Shown: positions 19,371 to 30,058, numbered from the stretch's first letter. The stretch is DNA of 64,000 nt from Bacteroidales bacterium (GCA_024762655.1 JANTHB010000007.1:97-64096); one strand, 5' to 3'. Made by a program: numbers and translations. Notes: generated by a model not told the origin, from the sequence alone.

Positions 19371-20624
19371 TTATCTGATCTTCAGGGTTACAACCGTAAT
19401 GACAGCCAGCATAATCGCCACAATCCAAAAACGGGTAACAATTTTCGGTTCGGTATATCCCTTCATTTGATAGTGGTGATGCAAGGGGGCCATTAGAAAT
19501 ATCCTTTTCCCGGAACCTGTATGGCGACGTGTAAACTTAAAATAAGCAACCTGCAGGATCACACTCGTACTCTCCACCAGGAAAATACCGCAGAGGATGG
19601 GAATCAGCAATTCTTTTCTGATAATTATGGCAAATACGGCTATGATCCCTCCCAGAGAAAGGCTCCCTGTATCTCCCATAAATACCTGTGCCGGATATGC
19701 ATTATACCAAAGAAATCCCACCGTAGCCCCGATAAAAGCACTGGCAAAAATCACCAACTCCCCCGTATTCGGGATAAACATGATATTCAGATAATCGGCA
19801 AAAACCATATTTCCAGACACATACGCGAGTATTCCCAAGGTAGCTCCTATCACGGAAGATACTCCTGTGGCCAGACCGTCCAGACCATCTGTCAGATTGG
19901 CCCCGTTGGATACTGCTGTAACAATAAAGATGGTAACCAATACAAAGACCACCCATCCCCAGAAATCCCTGTTTTTTTTCAGGAAGCCTACCAACCAGCT
20001 GTAATTAAACTCATGGTTTTTTACGAAAGGAATGGTTGTGATCGTCGACTTGATATTCTTATACGTATATGCAGGTTCCTTCTTCGTCTCGCTGCCCGGT
20101 TCAAGGACGGATGTCTGCCTGACCTCCTCTTCCTTGAGCGGGACTTTCTCCCGGACATACACCTGATCGCTGGTATAAAGTACGACTCCGACAACGAGGC
20201 CCAGTATTACCTGTCCGGCAATCTTGAATTTTCCCGCCAGACCTTCTTTGTTTTTTTGGAAAATCTTTATGTAATCATCCAGGAAACCTATGCCTCCCAG
20301 CCATATAGTGGTCAGAAGCATAAGCAATATATACACGTTGGTCAGGTCGGCAAATAACAAGACCGGTATAACGATGGATGACAAAATAATAATCCCTCCC
20401 ATGGAAGGGGTTCCTTCTTTCTTGTATTGTCCTTCCAGGCCGAGATTTCTCACTACTTCGCCGATCTGCATCCGCTGTAACCAGCGGATCACCGACTTCC
20501 CCAGGATCATGGAAATAATCAGGGATGTAATCACAGCACTGGCCGACCGGAAGGAAATGTAGGAAAACAATCCCGCCCCCGGAACATTAATTTTATTCAG
20601 ATATTCAAATAAATAATAGAGCAT
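19371..20624 (-). CDS. mraY: Phospho-N-acetylmuramoyl-pentapeptide transferase
   Basis: KEGTPSMGG, GFLDDYIK, NLTDGLDG, FMGDTGS, MAPLHHH. Confidence 0.96.
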   Translation of the reverse strand: MLYYLFEYLNKINVPGAGLFSYISFRSASAVITSLIISMILGKSVIRWLQRMQIGEVVRNLGLEGQYKKEGTPSMGGIIILSSIVIPVLLFADLTNVYILLMLLTTIWLGGIGFLDDYIKIFQKNKEGLAGKFKIAGQVILGLVVGVVLYTSDQVYVREKVPLKEEEVRQTSVLEPGSETKKEPAYTYKNIKSTITTIPFVKNHEFNYSWLVGFLKKNRDFWGWVVFVLVTIFIVTAVSNGANLTDGLDGLATGVSSVIGATLGILAYVSGNMVFADYLNIMFIPNTGELVIFASAFIGATVGFLWYNAYPAQVFMGDTGSLSLGGIIAVFAIIIRKELLIPILCGIFLVESTSVILQVAYFKFTRRHTGSGKRIFLMAPLHHHYQMKGYTEPKIVTRFWIVAIMLAVITVVTLKIR

Positions 20625-20694
20625 CTGTTTATGGTTCTTGGCAAGTGGTTATTCGTAGTATATCGTTAAATGTTCATTCATTTTTCAGCATGGG

Positions 20695-22152
20695 TCATTC
20701 GGCGTTCATTATCTTTTTCAGCTCTTCGCGATCATCAAAATGATGCCTCACTCCTTTTATTTCCTGGTAATTCTCATGTCCCTTCCCGGCCACCAGGACA
20801 ATATCTCCGGAGTCAGCCATCCGGACTGCTGTTTTAATAGCTTCCCGCCGGTCGGTTATGCTGATCACCCGGTTTTGTTCTTCCTTCGTCAGGCCTTCCA
20901 GCATATCCCCGATGATTGTTCCCGGTTCCTCATCGCGGGGGTTATCCGAGGTAAGGATCAGTATATCGCTTAAATCATAGGCAAACCTGGCCATCCGGGG
21001 TCTTTTGGTCTTATCCCGGTTCCCCCCTGCTCCCACAACCGTGATCACTTTTTCGTTGGCCTTACACAAACGCCGTATGGTTTTCAATACTTTTCCGACA
21101 GCATCAGGCGTGTGGGCATAATCCACAATCCCTACGATGCCCTGCGGCGAATGAAACACTTCAAAACGACCGGGTACCAGAGGAAGACGGCTCATGTTTT
21201 CCACAATCTTTTCCGGATCTTCCCCCAGTAGTAAAGCCGCCGCGAATACCGCCGTCATGTTCGACACTGAAAAATCTCCCACAAAAGGGATCCAAAGCTC
21301 TTTTTGATTCAGGGTGATCAGTGTTCCGTCAAAATGACTTTCCAGAATACGGGCATGGAAATCTGCAGGGGTGCGGACGCCAAATGTTAAGACCTTCGCT
21401 TTGGTATTTTGTACCATTACCTGCGCATTCCTGTCATCAAGGTTTATCAGGGCGAAAGCTTCAGCAGAAAGACCATCAAAAAATTTCTTTTTGGCATACA
21501 GATACGACCTGAAATCTTTGTGATAATCCAGATGATCCTGTGTCAGGTTGGTAAATATTCCTCCCGCAAAATCCAGTCCGGCAATGCGTTCCTGGTCGGC
21601 AGCATGGGAACTGACCTCCATAAAAACATACACACAACCGGCATCCGCCATTTCCCCCATTTTCTCATGGAGCACCAATGGCCCCGGGGTTGTATGGGTG
21701 GTCGTGAACGACTTGCCATTGATCATAATCCCGGTAGTGGAGAATAGTCCGGCCTTATGTCCCATCAGGCGGAACAGATTGTATAAGGATGTTGCCACAG
21801 ATGTTTTTCCATTGGTGCCTGTAACCCCGACGAGAGCCACCTTTTTGGAAGGTTCTCCGTAAAACACCGAAGCTATTTCTCCCAGAGCCCGGGCGCTATG
21901 TTCCACCTGTATCCAGGTCACTTCGGGACTGGGTGTCCCGGGTAACACTTCACAGCATACTCCGGCGACACCTCTGCCGACGACCTCATCAATATACCGG
22001 TGCCCATCGGTATGAAGGCCTCTGACCGCCACAAAAAGATCTCCCGGACCCACACGTCTCGAATCGGATTCCACTTTACGGAAAATATCCGTTTTGCCGG
22101 GCAGAATCTTTGTGATCCCCTCTACCATTTCTATGTCCTTTATCCCGATCAT
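20695..22152 (-). CDS. murE: UDP-MurNAc-dipeptide--meso-DAP ligase
   Basis: GTNGKTS, MEVSSH, DHLDYH, DYAHTPD, DNPR (DAP-specific), GKGHE. Confidence 0.96.
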   Translation of the reverse strand: MIGIKDIEMVEGITKILPGKTDIFRKVESDSRRVGPGDLFVAVRGLHTDGHRYIDEVVGRGVAGVCCEVLPGTPSPEVTWIQVEHSARALGEIASVFYGEPSKKVALVGVTGTNGKTSVATSLYNLFRLMGHKAGLFSTTGIMINGKSFTTTHTTPGPLVLHEKMGEMADAGCVYVFMEVSSHAADQERIAGLDFAGGIFTNLTQDHLDYHKDFRSYLYAKKKFFDGLSAEAFALINLDDRNAQVMVQNTKAKVLTFGVRTPADFHARILESHFDGTLITLNQKELWIPFVGDFSVSNMTAVFAAALLLGEDPEKIVENMSRLPLVPGRFEVFHSPQGIVGIVDYAHTPDAVGKVLKTIRRLCKANEKVITVVGAGGNRDKTKRPRMARFAYDLSDILILTSDNPRDEEPGTIIGDMLEGLTKEEQNRVISITDRREAIKTAVRMADSGDIVLVAGKGHENYQEIKGVRHHFDDREELKKIMNAE

Positions 22153-22157
22153 GCCAG

Positions 22158-24281
22158 TTATTTCAAGCTCATTTCAAGATAAATCTCCATTCCTTTCCGT
22201 GCCCGGGTCCCCGGCGGAAGCGATTGTTCTTTTACAGTCCCCCAGCCGTTTGCTATCACCCGGAGGCCTTCTTTCTCCAGCAGAAACAAAGCATCTTTCA
22301 GGCCCATCCCTTTCACATTGGGTACCATAAAATCATTCACTTTCAAGGGTCTCACATCCACAACACTGTCTTTGCTACTCACCCGTGTCCAATCATCTTC
22401 TTCCTGCATAACCCGCGTGTAAGGAACTCCCATTTTTTTGAAAACATACTCTGTTTCGGGCAAATATCCATTCTTGCTGTAAGGGGCGCTGTTGGCATGA
22501 TCCGCATAGGCCAAATAATCCCGTTGCATATCCGGGCTTGAAGCATATACTTTATCCGCCACTTCACGGAAAACCGGTCCGGCAACGAGGTTCCCGTAAT
22601 ACACAGAGTTGGAAGGAGCACTCACCACCACAATACAGGAATACTTCGGATCATCCGCGGGAAAGTATCCGACAAAAGAAGCTACATAACTAATCTTGTG
22701 GTTTATCCGGTAGCCGTATTTTTCGTTAGCAATCTGAGCGGTTCCGGTTTTTCCGGCTATTTTATACACATTGTTCCTCAGATTTTTCGCCGTGCCGTTT
22801 TCCACCACTCCTTCCAGCATTTTATGCGCTTTTTCCAGGGTAGATTTAGAGCATACGGAAGGGTTCAGAACCTCCACCCCGTATTTTTTTTCTGTCCGGC
22901 CATGGTATTTCAATGCTTTTACAAACCTGGGTTTCACCATCACCCCATCATTGGCTATGGCATTGTAAAACGTCAGGATCTGCAAAGGGGTCATACGCAC
23001 TTCATACCCATGCGAGATCATGGCCAGTGAAATCCCAGACCAGTATTTATCGCCGGGGTAGCGGATCATCGGTATGCCTTCTCCCCTGATCTCAATACCG
23101 AGTTTTTTATTCAGCCGCATACTGTAAAGACGGTCGATCAACTCGCGGGGATGATCTGCATAATGATCCATGATCAGTTTGGACATTCCTACATTGGAAG
23201 AAACTTCCAGCACCCTCTTCACCGTGATCTTTCCGTATCCCCCCACTTTGGTGTCGCGGATCACCTTATCGTAAAACTTTATCTTCCCATGGTCGGTATC
23301 CACCGTATCGTCAATGGAAAAGGCCCCGTCTTCCAATCCGGCTACCAGGACAGGTAGTTTAAAGGTAGAGCCAGGTTCAATACTCTCTCCGATCGCAAAA
23401 TTGTAAAGCTCTCTGTAGTTCCCCTCCTTATCCCTCTCCAAATTGGCTATGGCCTTGACATCACCGGTTTTCACCTCCATGAGGATTACCGTACCATGAT
23501 CTGCATTGTTTTGTATCAACTGTCTTCTCAATGAATTTTCAGCTACATCCTGAATATCTATATCAATGGTGGTCACCACATCAAAACCATCTTTCGGTTC
23601 TACTTCGTTACCATCTTTCAGGGGCATCCATACATTCCCTGACAGCTTTTGCATCAGCCGCACTCCTTCCTGTCCTCTGAGCGCCTCGTCATAAGCGCCT
23701 TCTATCCCGACCACATTCGGCCGGTCATCACCATTGATATACCCGATGGTCCGCGCCGCCAGTTCCCGCTGGGGGAGGATCCTCTTGTTGGTCTGTATGA
23801 TAATCAATCCGCCTTTATACCTACCCAACCTGAACACCGGAAATGTCTTTAACTTTTTCATTTGTCGGTAGGTCACATTTCTTTTCAACAGGTAATACCT
23901 GTTTTTCTTCCGGAAAGCACTCAATAGCTCTTTTTTATATTGCCACGATGGTTTATCTCCGAATAAAGCAGATAAACGCATAGAGAGCGAATCGAGATTT
24001 TTTCTGAAAACTTCCGGATCCAGGGCATTGCTTTTCAGATCCAATCTTATCTCATAGTAAGGCACGGAACTACTTAACAAACGTCCGTCAGTAGCCAGAA
24101 TATCTCCCCGGTTGGGCTGAATGTTGAAGTCATGAAGGGTCTGTTCGGCCGATAACTCAGTATATTTGTTTCCCTGTACCATCTGCAGATACATAATTCT
24201 TCCCAAAATGAGAATGCCCAGCAACAACATTCCCAGATAAATCACAGCCACGCGCCAAACGATATCTTTTTTCAGGGACAT
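22158..24281 (-). CDS. ftsI: Division transpeptidase PBP3/FtsI with C-terminal PASTA domain
   Basis: EPGSTFK (SxxK), SSN, KTGTAQ; VPNVKGM PASTA. Confidence 0.93.
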   Translation of the reverse strand: MSLKKDIVWRVAVIYLGMLLLGILILGRIMYLQMVQGNKYTELSAEQTLHDFNIQPNRGDILATDGRLLSSSVPYYEIRLDLKSNALDPEVFRKNLDSLSMRLSALFGDKPSWQYKKELLSAFRKKNRYYLLKRNVTYRQMKKLKTFPVFRLGRYKGGLIIIQTNKRILPQRELAARTIGYINGDDRPNVVGIEGAYDEALRGQEGVRLMQKLSGNVWMPLKDGNEVEPKDGFDVVTTIDIDIQDVAENSLRRQLIQNNADHGTVILMEVKTGDVKAIANLERDKEGNYRELYNFAIGESIEPGSTFKLPVLVAGLEDGAFSIDDTVDTDHGKIKFYDKVIRDTKVGGYGKITVKRVLEVSSNVGMSKLIMDHYADHPRELIDRLYSMRLNKKLGIEIRGEGIPMIRYPGDKYWSGISLAMISHGYEVRMTPLQILTFYNAIANDGVMVKPRFVKALKYHGRTEKKYGVEVLNPSVCSKSTLEKAHKMLEGVVENGTAKNLRNNVYKIAGKTGTAQIANEKYGYRINHKISYVASFVGYFPADDPKYSCIVVVSAPSNSVYYGNLVAGPVFREVADKVYASSPDMQRDYLAYADHANSAPYSKNGYLPETEYVFKKMGVPYTRVMQEEDDWTRVSSKDSVVDVRPLKVNDFMVPNVKGMGLKDALFLLEKEGLRVIANGWGTVKEQSLPPGTRARKGMEIYLEMSLK

Positions 24282-24285
24282 TTGA

Positions 24286-24657
24286 TCATCTTCCTTTTTC
24301 AACCACAATTTTCCCGGGAGGAACAACAGGTTCTTCCAAACCGAGATTTTTCTTATTTATAGCCCTAAGTACCTGTGTCTTCGTGCTTTTATACATCAAT
24401 TCGGCCGAAGTGGAAATCGATTCGGCCCGTAACTCCTGGATCTCTTTTTTCAGCTGGGTGGTTTCTCTTACGATCCTCTCTGCGTGATAACGGTTCCCGA
24501 TATAGAGCATAGCCAGGAAAGTCAAAAACAGAATGTACGGTAATTGTTTTATGATCACCTGATTGGCCAAGACCGTTCCGTCAATAAATGAACGGAATGT
24601 GTTTTTCTTAACCCTTTTTGGTTCAGTATCCTCTATAAACTCAATCTGCCGGTTCAT
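24286..24657 (-). CDS. ftsL: FtsL-like cell division protein
   Basis: Single TM plus coiled coil between rsmH and ftsI. Confidence 0.8.
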   Translation of the reverse strand: MNRQIEFIEDTEPKRVKKNTFRSFIDGTVLANQVIIKQLPYILFLTFLAMLYIGNRYHAERIVRETTQLKKEIQELRAESISTSAELMYKSTKTQVLRAINKKNLGLEEPVVPPGKIVVEKGR

Positions 24658-24673
24658 GATCTCTCCTCCTGTG

Positions 24674-25573
24674 TTATATTCGTTCGGCTATTCTCAGTTT
24701 GGCACTGCGGGATCTCGGGTTTTGGGAGACCTCTGTCTCTGTGGGAACGATAACTTTTTTATTCACCATTTTGAAAGGAGGGTGGTATTCTCCGAACGGG
24801 TTCACCTCCTCCACAGGAGCCGTTGAACCTGTTTTCATAAAAGTTTTTACCATCCGGTCTTCCAGCGAATGATAGGAGATCACCACCAGTCTGCCGCCCC
24901 GGGCAGTCACTCCGGGCGTTTGTTCGAGCATCTCCCTGAGCGCATCCATTTCTTCATTGACCTCTATACGGAGCGCCTGAAAAATACGGGCAAGAAACTT
25001 ATTGGACTTCCCTCCGCGGGTCATGGGCTCTAAAACTTCTATCAGGTCCCCCGTGGTACGAATCTTTTTTTTCTCCCTGGCTCGCAGGATCAGGGCCACC
25101 AACCTGCCGGGGTGCCGTATTTCCGCATACTCCCTGAAAACCCGTTCCAGCTCTGCCTCGGAATACCGGTTTAAAACATCTGCCGCTGTTTTCTTGTTCC
25201 TCTTGTTCATTCTCATATCCAGACCGGCTTCCGCCCTGAATGAAAAGCCTCTTTCCCCATAATCAAAATGATGAGAAGAGACGCCCAGATCAGCCAGAAT
25301 CCCGTCCACCTTCTCAATTCCCAAATACCTTAAGTTGTTCTTCAGAAATCTGAAATTTTGCTGAAGAAAAACAAAACGTTTATCCTCAGGGACATTGTCC
25401 CTGCTGGCTTCGTCCTGGTCAAAAACAATCACCCTCCCTTTCTCCAGCCTGGACAAAATGACCCTGGTATGACCTCCGCCACCGAAGGTCAGATCAACAT
25501 AAATTCCATCCGGACGTATATTTAACCCGGCAATGCTCTCTTCCAGCAGAACAGGTGTATGATACGAACTCAT
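24674..25573 (-). CDS. rsmH: 16S rRNA m4C1402 methyltransferase
   Basis: HTPVLL, DLTFGGGGH, DLGVSS, FQALRIEVN, NPRSRSAKLR. Confidence 0.96.
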   Translation of the reverse strand: MSSYHTPVLLEESIAGLNIRPDGIYVDLTFGGGGHTRVILSRLEKGRVIVFDQDEASRDNVPEDKRFVFLQQNFRFLKNNLRYLGIEKVDGILADLGVSSHHFDYGERGFSFRAEAGLDMRMNKRNKKTAADVLNRYSEAELERVFREYAEIRHPGRLVALILRAREKKKIRTTGDLIEVLEPMTRGGKSNKFLARIFQALRIEVNEEMDALREMLEQTPGVTARGGRLVVISYHSLEDRMVKTFMKTGSTAPVEEVNPFGEYHPPFKMVNKKVIVPTETEVSQNPRSRSAKLRIAERI

Positions 25574-26037
25574 TCGCTTTTCTCTTTATTCCCATCTCCC
25601 ATGATTTTCTCCGCAAGCATGGCAAACTCATCTTCGGAGGCTTCTATCGACGTGTATGTTTCTTCAGCCCATATTTCTATTTTGCTATCCATACCGGCCA
25701 ATACGACCGTCTTTTCAATACCGACAGCCTGCAACAACCTTTTCGGGATCAACATCCGGTTGTTCCCGTCCAGCACAATCTCGGCAGCCCCTCTGTAAAA
25801 ATTCCTTAAAAAAACATTGTGCTCTTTGTTGTATGGATTTAACCGGCTACGAATCAACTCATTCTGCCTGTCCCACTCCTCCATGGTATACAAAACCAAA
25901 CAGCGATCAAAAATGTCTTTTTTGATCACAAAACGATCCTGAACCTCCGGTTTCATCTGCCTTTTCAATGCCGACGGAAACAGAATCCTTCCCTTGTTAT
26001 CTACCTTGCAGGTATATTCCCCGATAAATGTGCTCAT
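25570..26037 (-). CDS. mraZ: dcw transcriptional regulator MraZ
   Basis: Two AbrB-like repeats (VDNKGR, LDGNNR), IEIW. Confidence 0.94.
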   Translation of the reverse strand: MSTFIGEYTCKVDNKGRILFPSALKRQMKPEVQDRFVIKKDIFDRCLVLYTMEEWDRQNELIRSRLNPYNKEHNVFLRNFYRGAAEIVLDGNNRMLIPKRLLQAVGIEKTVVLAGMDSKIEIWAEETYTSIEASEDEFAMLAEKIMGDGNKEKSE

Positions 26038-26075
26038 GACTGCAGCGTTTCAAAGAGTAAAAATAAATAAAAAAT

Positions 26076-26111
26076 TACCACTTTTCACCACTTTCTCCCA
26101 TTTTTTACCAT
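26076..26111 (-). promoter_or_regulatory. MraZ binding boxes (four TGG[T/G] repeats, 10-nt period)
   Basis: Minus strand reads TGGTAAAAAA TGGGAGAAAG TGGTGAAAAG TGGTA directly upstream of mraZ, matching the known MraZ operator architecture. Confidence 0.8.
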
Positions 26112-26202
26112 TTTGTTGATAACTTTTTGGATTTCCGCCTCTCTCCGGGGAAAATTTTTTGAAAGAAACCATATGTTTGGCATGCATTATCGGAGGATTT
26201 TA

Positions 26203-26210
26203 TAAATTTG
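26203..26210 (+). promoter_or_regulatory. sigmaA -7 box (TAAATTTG) for the acyltransferase pair
   Basis: Exact TAnnTTTG, with TTTG at 26176-26179 upstream. Confidence 0.5.
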
Positions 26211-26238
26211 ATAGTCCATTCATCCGACAATTTCAGAT

Positions 26239-27078
26239 ATGACGGAGAAGTCGTTACTCATTGACGTTGAAAAAGCCATAGGAGATAAGAATCCCCGGCT
26301 CCTGAAGGCGCTGCCCGGTTTTGTTTTATCTTATCTGAAAAAGATCATCCACCAGGATGATTTAAATGAAATAATCCGGCGTTTCCATGATCAGGAAGGG
26401 TTGGATTTTGTAGAGAAATCGTTGGATTATATGGGCATTTCATATACTGCCGAAGGGTTGGAAAACATTCCGGAACAAGGCAGGTTCTTATTTGTTTCCA
26501 ATCATCCTCTTGGGGGGTTGGACGGTCTGGTATTTATCCATGTTATAGGGAAAATTTTTCCTGATCTCAAATTTCCCGTAAATGATTTTCTTCTTAACAT
26601 TAAGAACCTGGATCCTGTTTTTCTTCCCATCAACAAACACGGTAGTCAAAGCAGGGATGCTGTCCGTGCCATAGAAGAAGCCTATGCTTCAGACAGCCAG
26701 ATACTTTATTTTCCTGCCGGCCTTTGTTCCAGAAAGATCAAAGGGAAGATTGTGGATCTGGAGTGGAAGAAACATTTTATTACCAAGGCTGTGGAATACA
26801 AAAGAGACATTATCCCCGTATATTTTTCGGGAAGAAATTCCAACTTTTTTTACAACCTTGCCAACCTCCGGGTTTTTCTGGGAATAAAATCCAATATTGA
26901 GATGATTTACCTGCCTAACGAAATGTTCAAACAACGCGGGAAAAAACTGATTTTAAAAATAGGTCAACCGATACCTTACACTTTTTTTGACAAAGCCCGC
27001 ACGGCGAAGGAATGGGCAGCTTATGTGAAGGATATTGTTTATTCAATCGGCAGTACCATGAATAACACAAACGATTAA
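26239..27078 (+). CDS. PlsC-family O-acyltransferase (GlsA/OlsA-like, amino-lipid synthesis)
   Basis: NHPLGGLDG (HX4D-like) and YFPAG motifs; paired with a GNAT gene. Confidence 0.8.
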   Translation: MTEKSLLIDVEKAIGDKNPRLLKALPGFVLSYLKKIIHQDDLNEIIRRFHDQEGLDFVEKSLDYMGISYTAEGLENIPEQGRFLFVSNHPLGGLDGLVFIHVIGKIFPDLKFPVNDFLLNIKNLDPVFLPINKHGSQSRDAVRAIEEAYASDSQILYFPAGLCSRKIKGKIVDLEWKKHFITKAVEYKRDIIPVYFSGRNSNFFYNLANLRVFLGIKSNIEMIYLPNEMFKQRGKKLILKIGQPIPYTFFDKARTAKEWAAYVKDIVYSIGSTMNNTND

Positions 27079-27101
27079 ATTTGCAAAAAATACGCATCCC
27101 T

Positions 27102-28040
27102 ATGAAAGACATTATTCCTCCGGTGCCCAGAGAACTGATCCTAAAGGAACTCACTCCTGACAAGTTCGTCCGAAAGACAAACAAAGGAGACAATGAGGTT
27201 TATATATTCACCTATCAGGATTCTCCCAACCTGATGCGTGAACTGGGGCGGCTGCGCGAGATCAGCTTTCGTGAGGCCGGAGGAGGCACAGGGAAAAGTC
27301 TTGACATTGATGATTTTGATATAGGGGATCACCCTTATCAACAACTCATTGTCTGGGACCCGGAAGCCCGTGAGATTCTGGGAGGGTACCGCTTTTTTAT
27401 CTGTCGGCGTGATATGGAGCTCTCCTGGCTGGCCACTTCTCATCTGTTTCGTTTCAGTAAAAAATTCGTCAGCGAATATTTACCATATCTGGTAGAGCTC
27501 GGCAGGTCTTTCGTACAACCCCACTATCAGCAAACCGGAAAATCCGCCAGGAAAGGCATCTTTGCACTGGATAACCTATGGGACGGTCTGGGTGCTGTGG
27601 TCATAGACAACCCGGGAGTAAAATACTTTTTCGGGAAAATGACGATGTACCCACATTTCAAGAAAGAAGCCCGCGACCTGATCCTTTATTTTCTTGACAA
27701 GTACTTCGGAGACCGTGAGGGCCTGGTTGTCCCTCTTAACCCTCTGAAACCGGAATACGATGAAAAAGAAATGGAGAAAATTTTCTCAGGGAAGGATTAT
27801 CTCGAAAATTACAAGATCCTTTCACAGGCCGTCAGGAATCTTGGAGAAAATATCCCGCCTTTGTTCAATTCCTATATGAACCTATCCCCTACCATGAAGA
27901 TTTTCGGCACCGTGATCAACGATGAGTTCGGGGATGTGGAAGAAACCGGGTTAATGATCACCCTGAAAGACCTCTATATTGATAAGGTTGACAGGCATTT
28001 GACCACATATGACGAAGACTATCGCCTGGACGAGAACTGA
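27102..28040 (+). CDS. GNAT N-acyltransferase (GlsB/OlsB-like, amino-lipid synthesis)
   Basis: GRLREISFREAGGGTG..DIDDFD, ILGGYR, ELGRSFV, LDNLWDG. Confidence 0.8.
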   Translation: MKDIIPPVPRELILKELTPDKFVRKTNKGDNEVYIFTYQDSPNLMRELGRLREISFREAGGGTGKSLDIDDFDIGDHPYQQLIVWDPEAREILGGYRFFICRRDMELSWLATSHLFRFSKKFVSEYLPYLVELGRSFVQPHYQQTGKSARKGIFALDNLWDGLGAVVIDNPGVKYFFGKMTMYPHFKKEARDLILYFLDKYFGDREGLVVPLNPLKPEYDEKEMEKIFSGKDYLENYKILSQAVRNLGENIPPLFNSYMNLSPTMKIFGTVINDEFGDVEETGLMITLKDLYIDKVDRHLTTYDEDYRLDEN

Positions 28041-28046
28041 TCCGGG

Positions 28047-29945
28047 TCAATAGGCCCGTTCATCCCTGCCTTCAATATAATTAACAAAGGATTTATTCAC
28101 CACTCTGTTTCCGCCGGGTGTGGGGTAATTGCCCGTGAAATACCAGTCACCCAGATAATTCGGGATTGCCTTATGCAGGTTTTCAATGGTCTGATAAACG
28201 ATCTTTACGTTGGCCTTTACCTCATGGGTCTTAAGCATAGATCCTATTTTATCGGAGATGTCTTCGGCGGAAAACGGCTTGTAGATTTCCTTCACATAAT
28301 TAGGGATCTTCTCTCCGGGCAATTGATCCTGCTCTTTGGCTTTCATATACACTTTATTGATAATATCCTCCCGCCCCGTATCTTTCAGCAATTCAATGGC
28401 TGCTTTAAATGCAATAAAATCAGACAGTTTGGCCATATCAATTCCATAACAGTCGGGATACCTGATCTGGGGGGATGAAGAGACAACCACGATTCTTTTC
28501 GGATTCAGGCGATCGAGAATCCGGATAATGCTCTCGCGCAGGGTGGTTCCCCTGACGATCGAATCATCTATCACCACGAGATTATCCTTATTGTTACGCA
28601 CAATACCGTATGTCACGTCATACACATGACCTACCATATCTTTTCTTCCGGCATCCTGGGCAATAAATGTCCTTAATTTTATGTCTTTGATCGCAACTTT
28701 TTCAGCCCGGGGACGAATCTCCATGATCTCTTCAACCTTTTTAGGATCCAGGGGCACAGGCAGTTCCATGATCTTATGCACTTTTTCCTTGTTCATCTCG
28801 TCCTCCAGCCCTTTGATCATCCCGTAAAAAGCCGACTCTGCCGTATTGGGAATATAAGAAAACACCGTATTATCCAGATCATTATCCAACACCTTCAATA
28901 TATGCGGCACCAGTAACTCTCCCAGTTTCTTTCTCTCCTTGTATATATCCGCATCACTTCCCCGTGAAAAATAGATCCTTTCAAAAGAACAGGATCGGAC
29001 ACGCCGTTTCCTGCGGACCTGTTCAAAGCCGACTTTCCCGTTTTTTTTGATAATCAACGCCTTCCCCGGAGGGATTTCCTTCACCTCCCCGTAAGGCACA
29101 TTCAGGGCAGTCTGAATTACCGGCCGTTCGGAGGCACTCACCACAATATCATCATCTTCATAATAAAACGCCGGACGAATGCCCCAGGGATCACGCAGGA
29201 CAAAAGCATCTCCATGGCCGATCATGCCGGTGATAACGTAACCTCCATCCCAGTGTTTACTGGCTTTTCTAAGGATATTACCTACATTCAGATGCTCTTC
29301 GATCAAAGGAGAAATTTCTTGTTTGGTATAACCTGCTCTTTTAAATTTCCTGAACAGGGATTCATTCTCTTCATCCAGAAAATGACCGACATTCTCCAGG
29401 ACGGTCACCGTATCTGAAATATCCTTAGGTGTCTGACCAATAGCCAGAAGGCTTTTAAACAGTTCATCCGTATTGGTCATATTAAAGTTCCCTGCCAGCA
29501 CCAGGTTTCTGGATCGCCAATTGTTCTCCCGCATCACCGGATGCACATGCTCAATGCTGTTTTTTCCGAACGTCCCGTAGCGGAGATGGCCCATGTACAA
29601 CTCTCCTGCAAAGGGAATATTTTCCTTGGCCCATACCGGATCATGGATCAATTCGGCAGGATGATTTTTCGGAGAGAGTCGTTTGTTGATCTTGGAAAAC
29701 ACAAACTGAATAGGATTGTCTGCATTGGAACGATACCGGAATAAATATTTCACCCCGGGGGGCATATCCATTTTCAGACAAACAGCACCGGCACCGTCTT
29801 GTCCGCGGTTATGCTGTTTCTCCATCAGAAGATATAACTTATTCAAGCCATACTGCCAACTGCCATAATTGATCCGGTAATATTCCAGGGGTTTTTTCAG
29901 GCGTATCAGGACAATCCCGCATTCATGTTGAATTGCATCACTCAT
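28047..29945 (-). CDS. purF: Amidophosphoribosyltransferase (Bacteroidota long form)
   Basis: HECG N-terminal nucleophile, QHNRGQD, GHLRYGT, CSFERIYF, VIDDSIVRGTT. Confidence 0.88.
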   Translation of the reverse strand: MSDAIQHECGIVLIRLKKPLEYYRINYGSWQYGLNKLYLLMEKQHNRGQDGAGAVCLKMDMPPGVKYLFRYRSNADNPIQFVFSKINKRLSPKNHPAELIHDPVWAKENIPFAGELYMGHLRYGTFGKNSIEHVHPVMRENNWRSRNLVLAGNFNMTNTDELFKSLLAIGQTPKDISDTVTVLENVGHFLDEENESLFRKFKRAGYTKQEISPLIEEHLNVGNILRKASKHWDGGYVITGMIGHGDAFVLRDPWGIRPAFYYEDDDIVVSASERPVIQTALNVPYGEVKEIPPGKALIIKKNGKVGFEQVRRKRRVRSCSFERIYFSRGSDADIYKERKKLGELLVPHILKVLDNDLDNTVFSYIPNTAESAFYGMIKGLEDEMNKEKVHKIMELPVPLDPKKVEEIMEIRPRAEKVAIKDIKLRTFIAQDAGRKDMVGHVYDVTYGIVRNNKDNLVVIDDSIVRGTTLRESIIRILDRLNPKRIVVVSSSPQIRYPDCYGIDMAKLSDFIAFKAAIELLKDTGREDIINKVYMKAKEQDQLPGEKIPNYVKEIYKPFSAEDISDKIGSMLKTHEVKANVKIVYQTIENLHKAIPNYLGDWYFTGNYPTPGGNRVVNKSFVNYIEGRDERAY

Positions 29946-30058
29946 AAAGGGCTCAAATTAATAATTTGGACGTTGCCTGCAAAAATAGGGATAAAAATCC
30001 TGCTGAAAAAGAGAAAAACCGGGGTGTTTTCTTGACCGCAATCTGTCATGAGCATTAA

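Noticed and set aside
10709-26037. dcw cluster lacks murF and ddl; FtsZ has a long acidic tail; MraY has an insertion
   Set aside because: Normal for Bacteroidota
26076-26111. 10-nt periodic repeat as a mini-CRISPR or novel repeat
   Set aside because: Matches the known MraZ operator; no spacers or cas genes
26177-26192. TTGGCATGCATTATCG upstream of the glsA-like gene as a sigma54 promoter
   Set aside because: The -12 position is CG, not GC, and a normal TAAATTTG box explains the promoter
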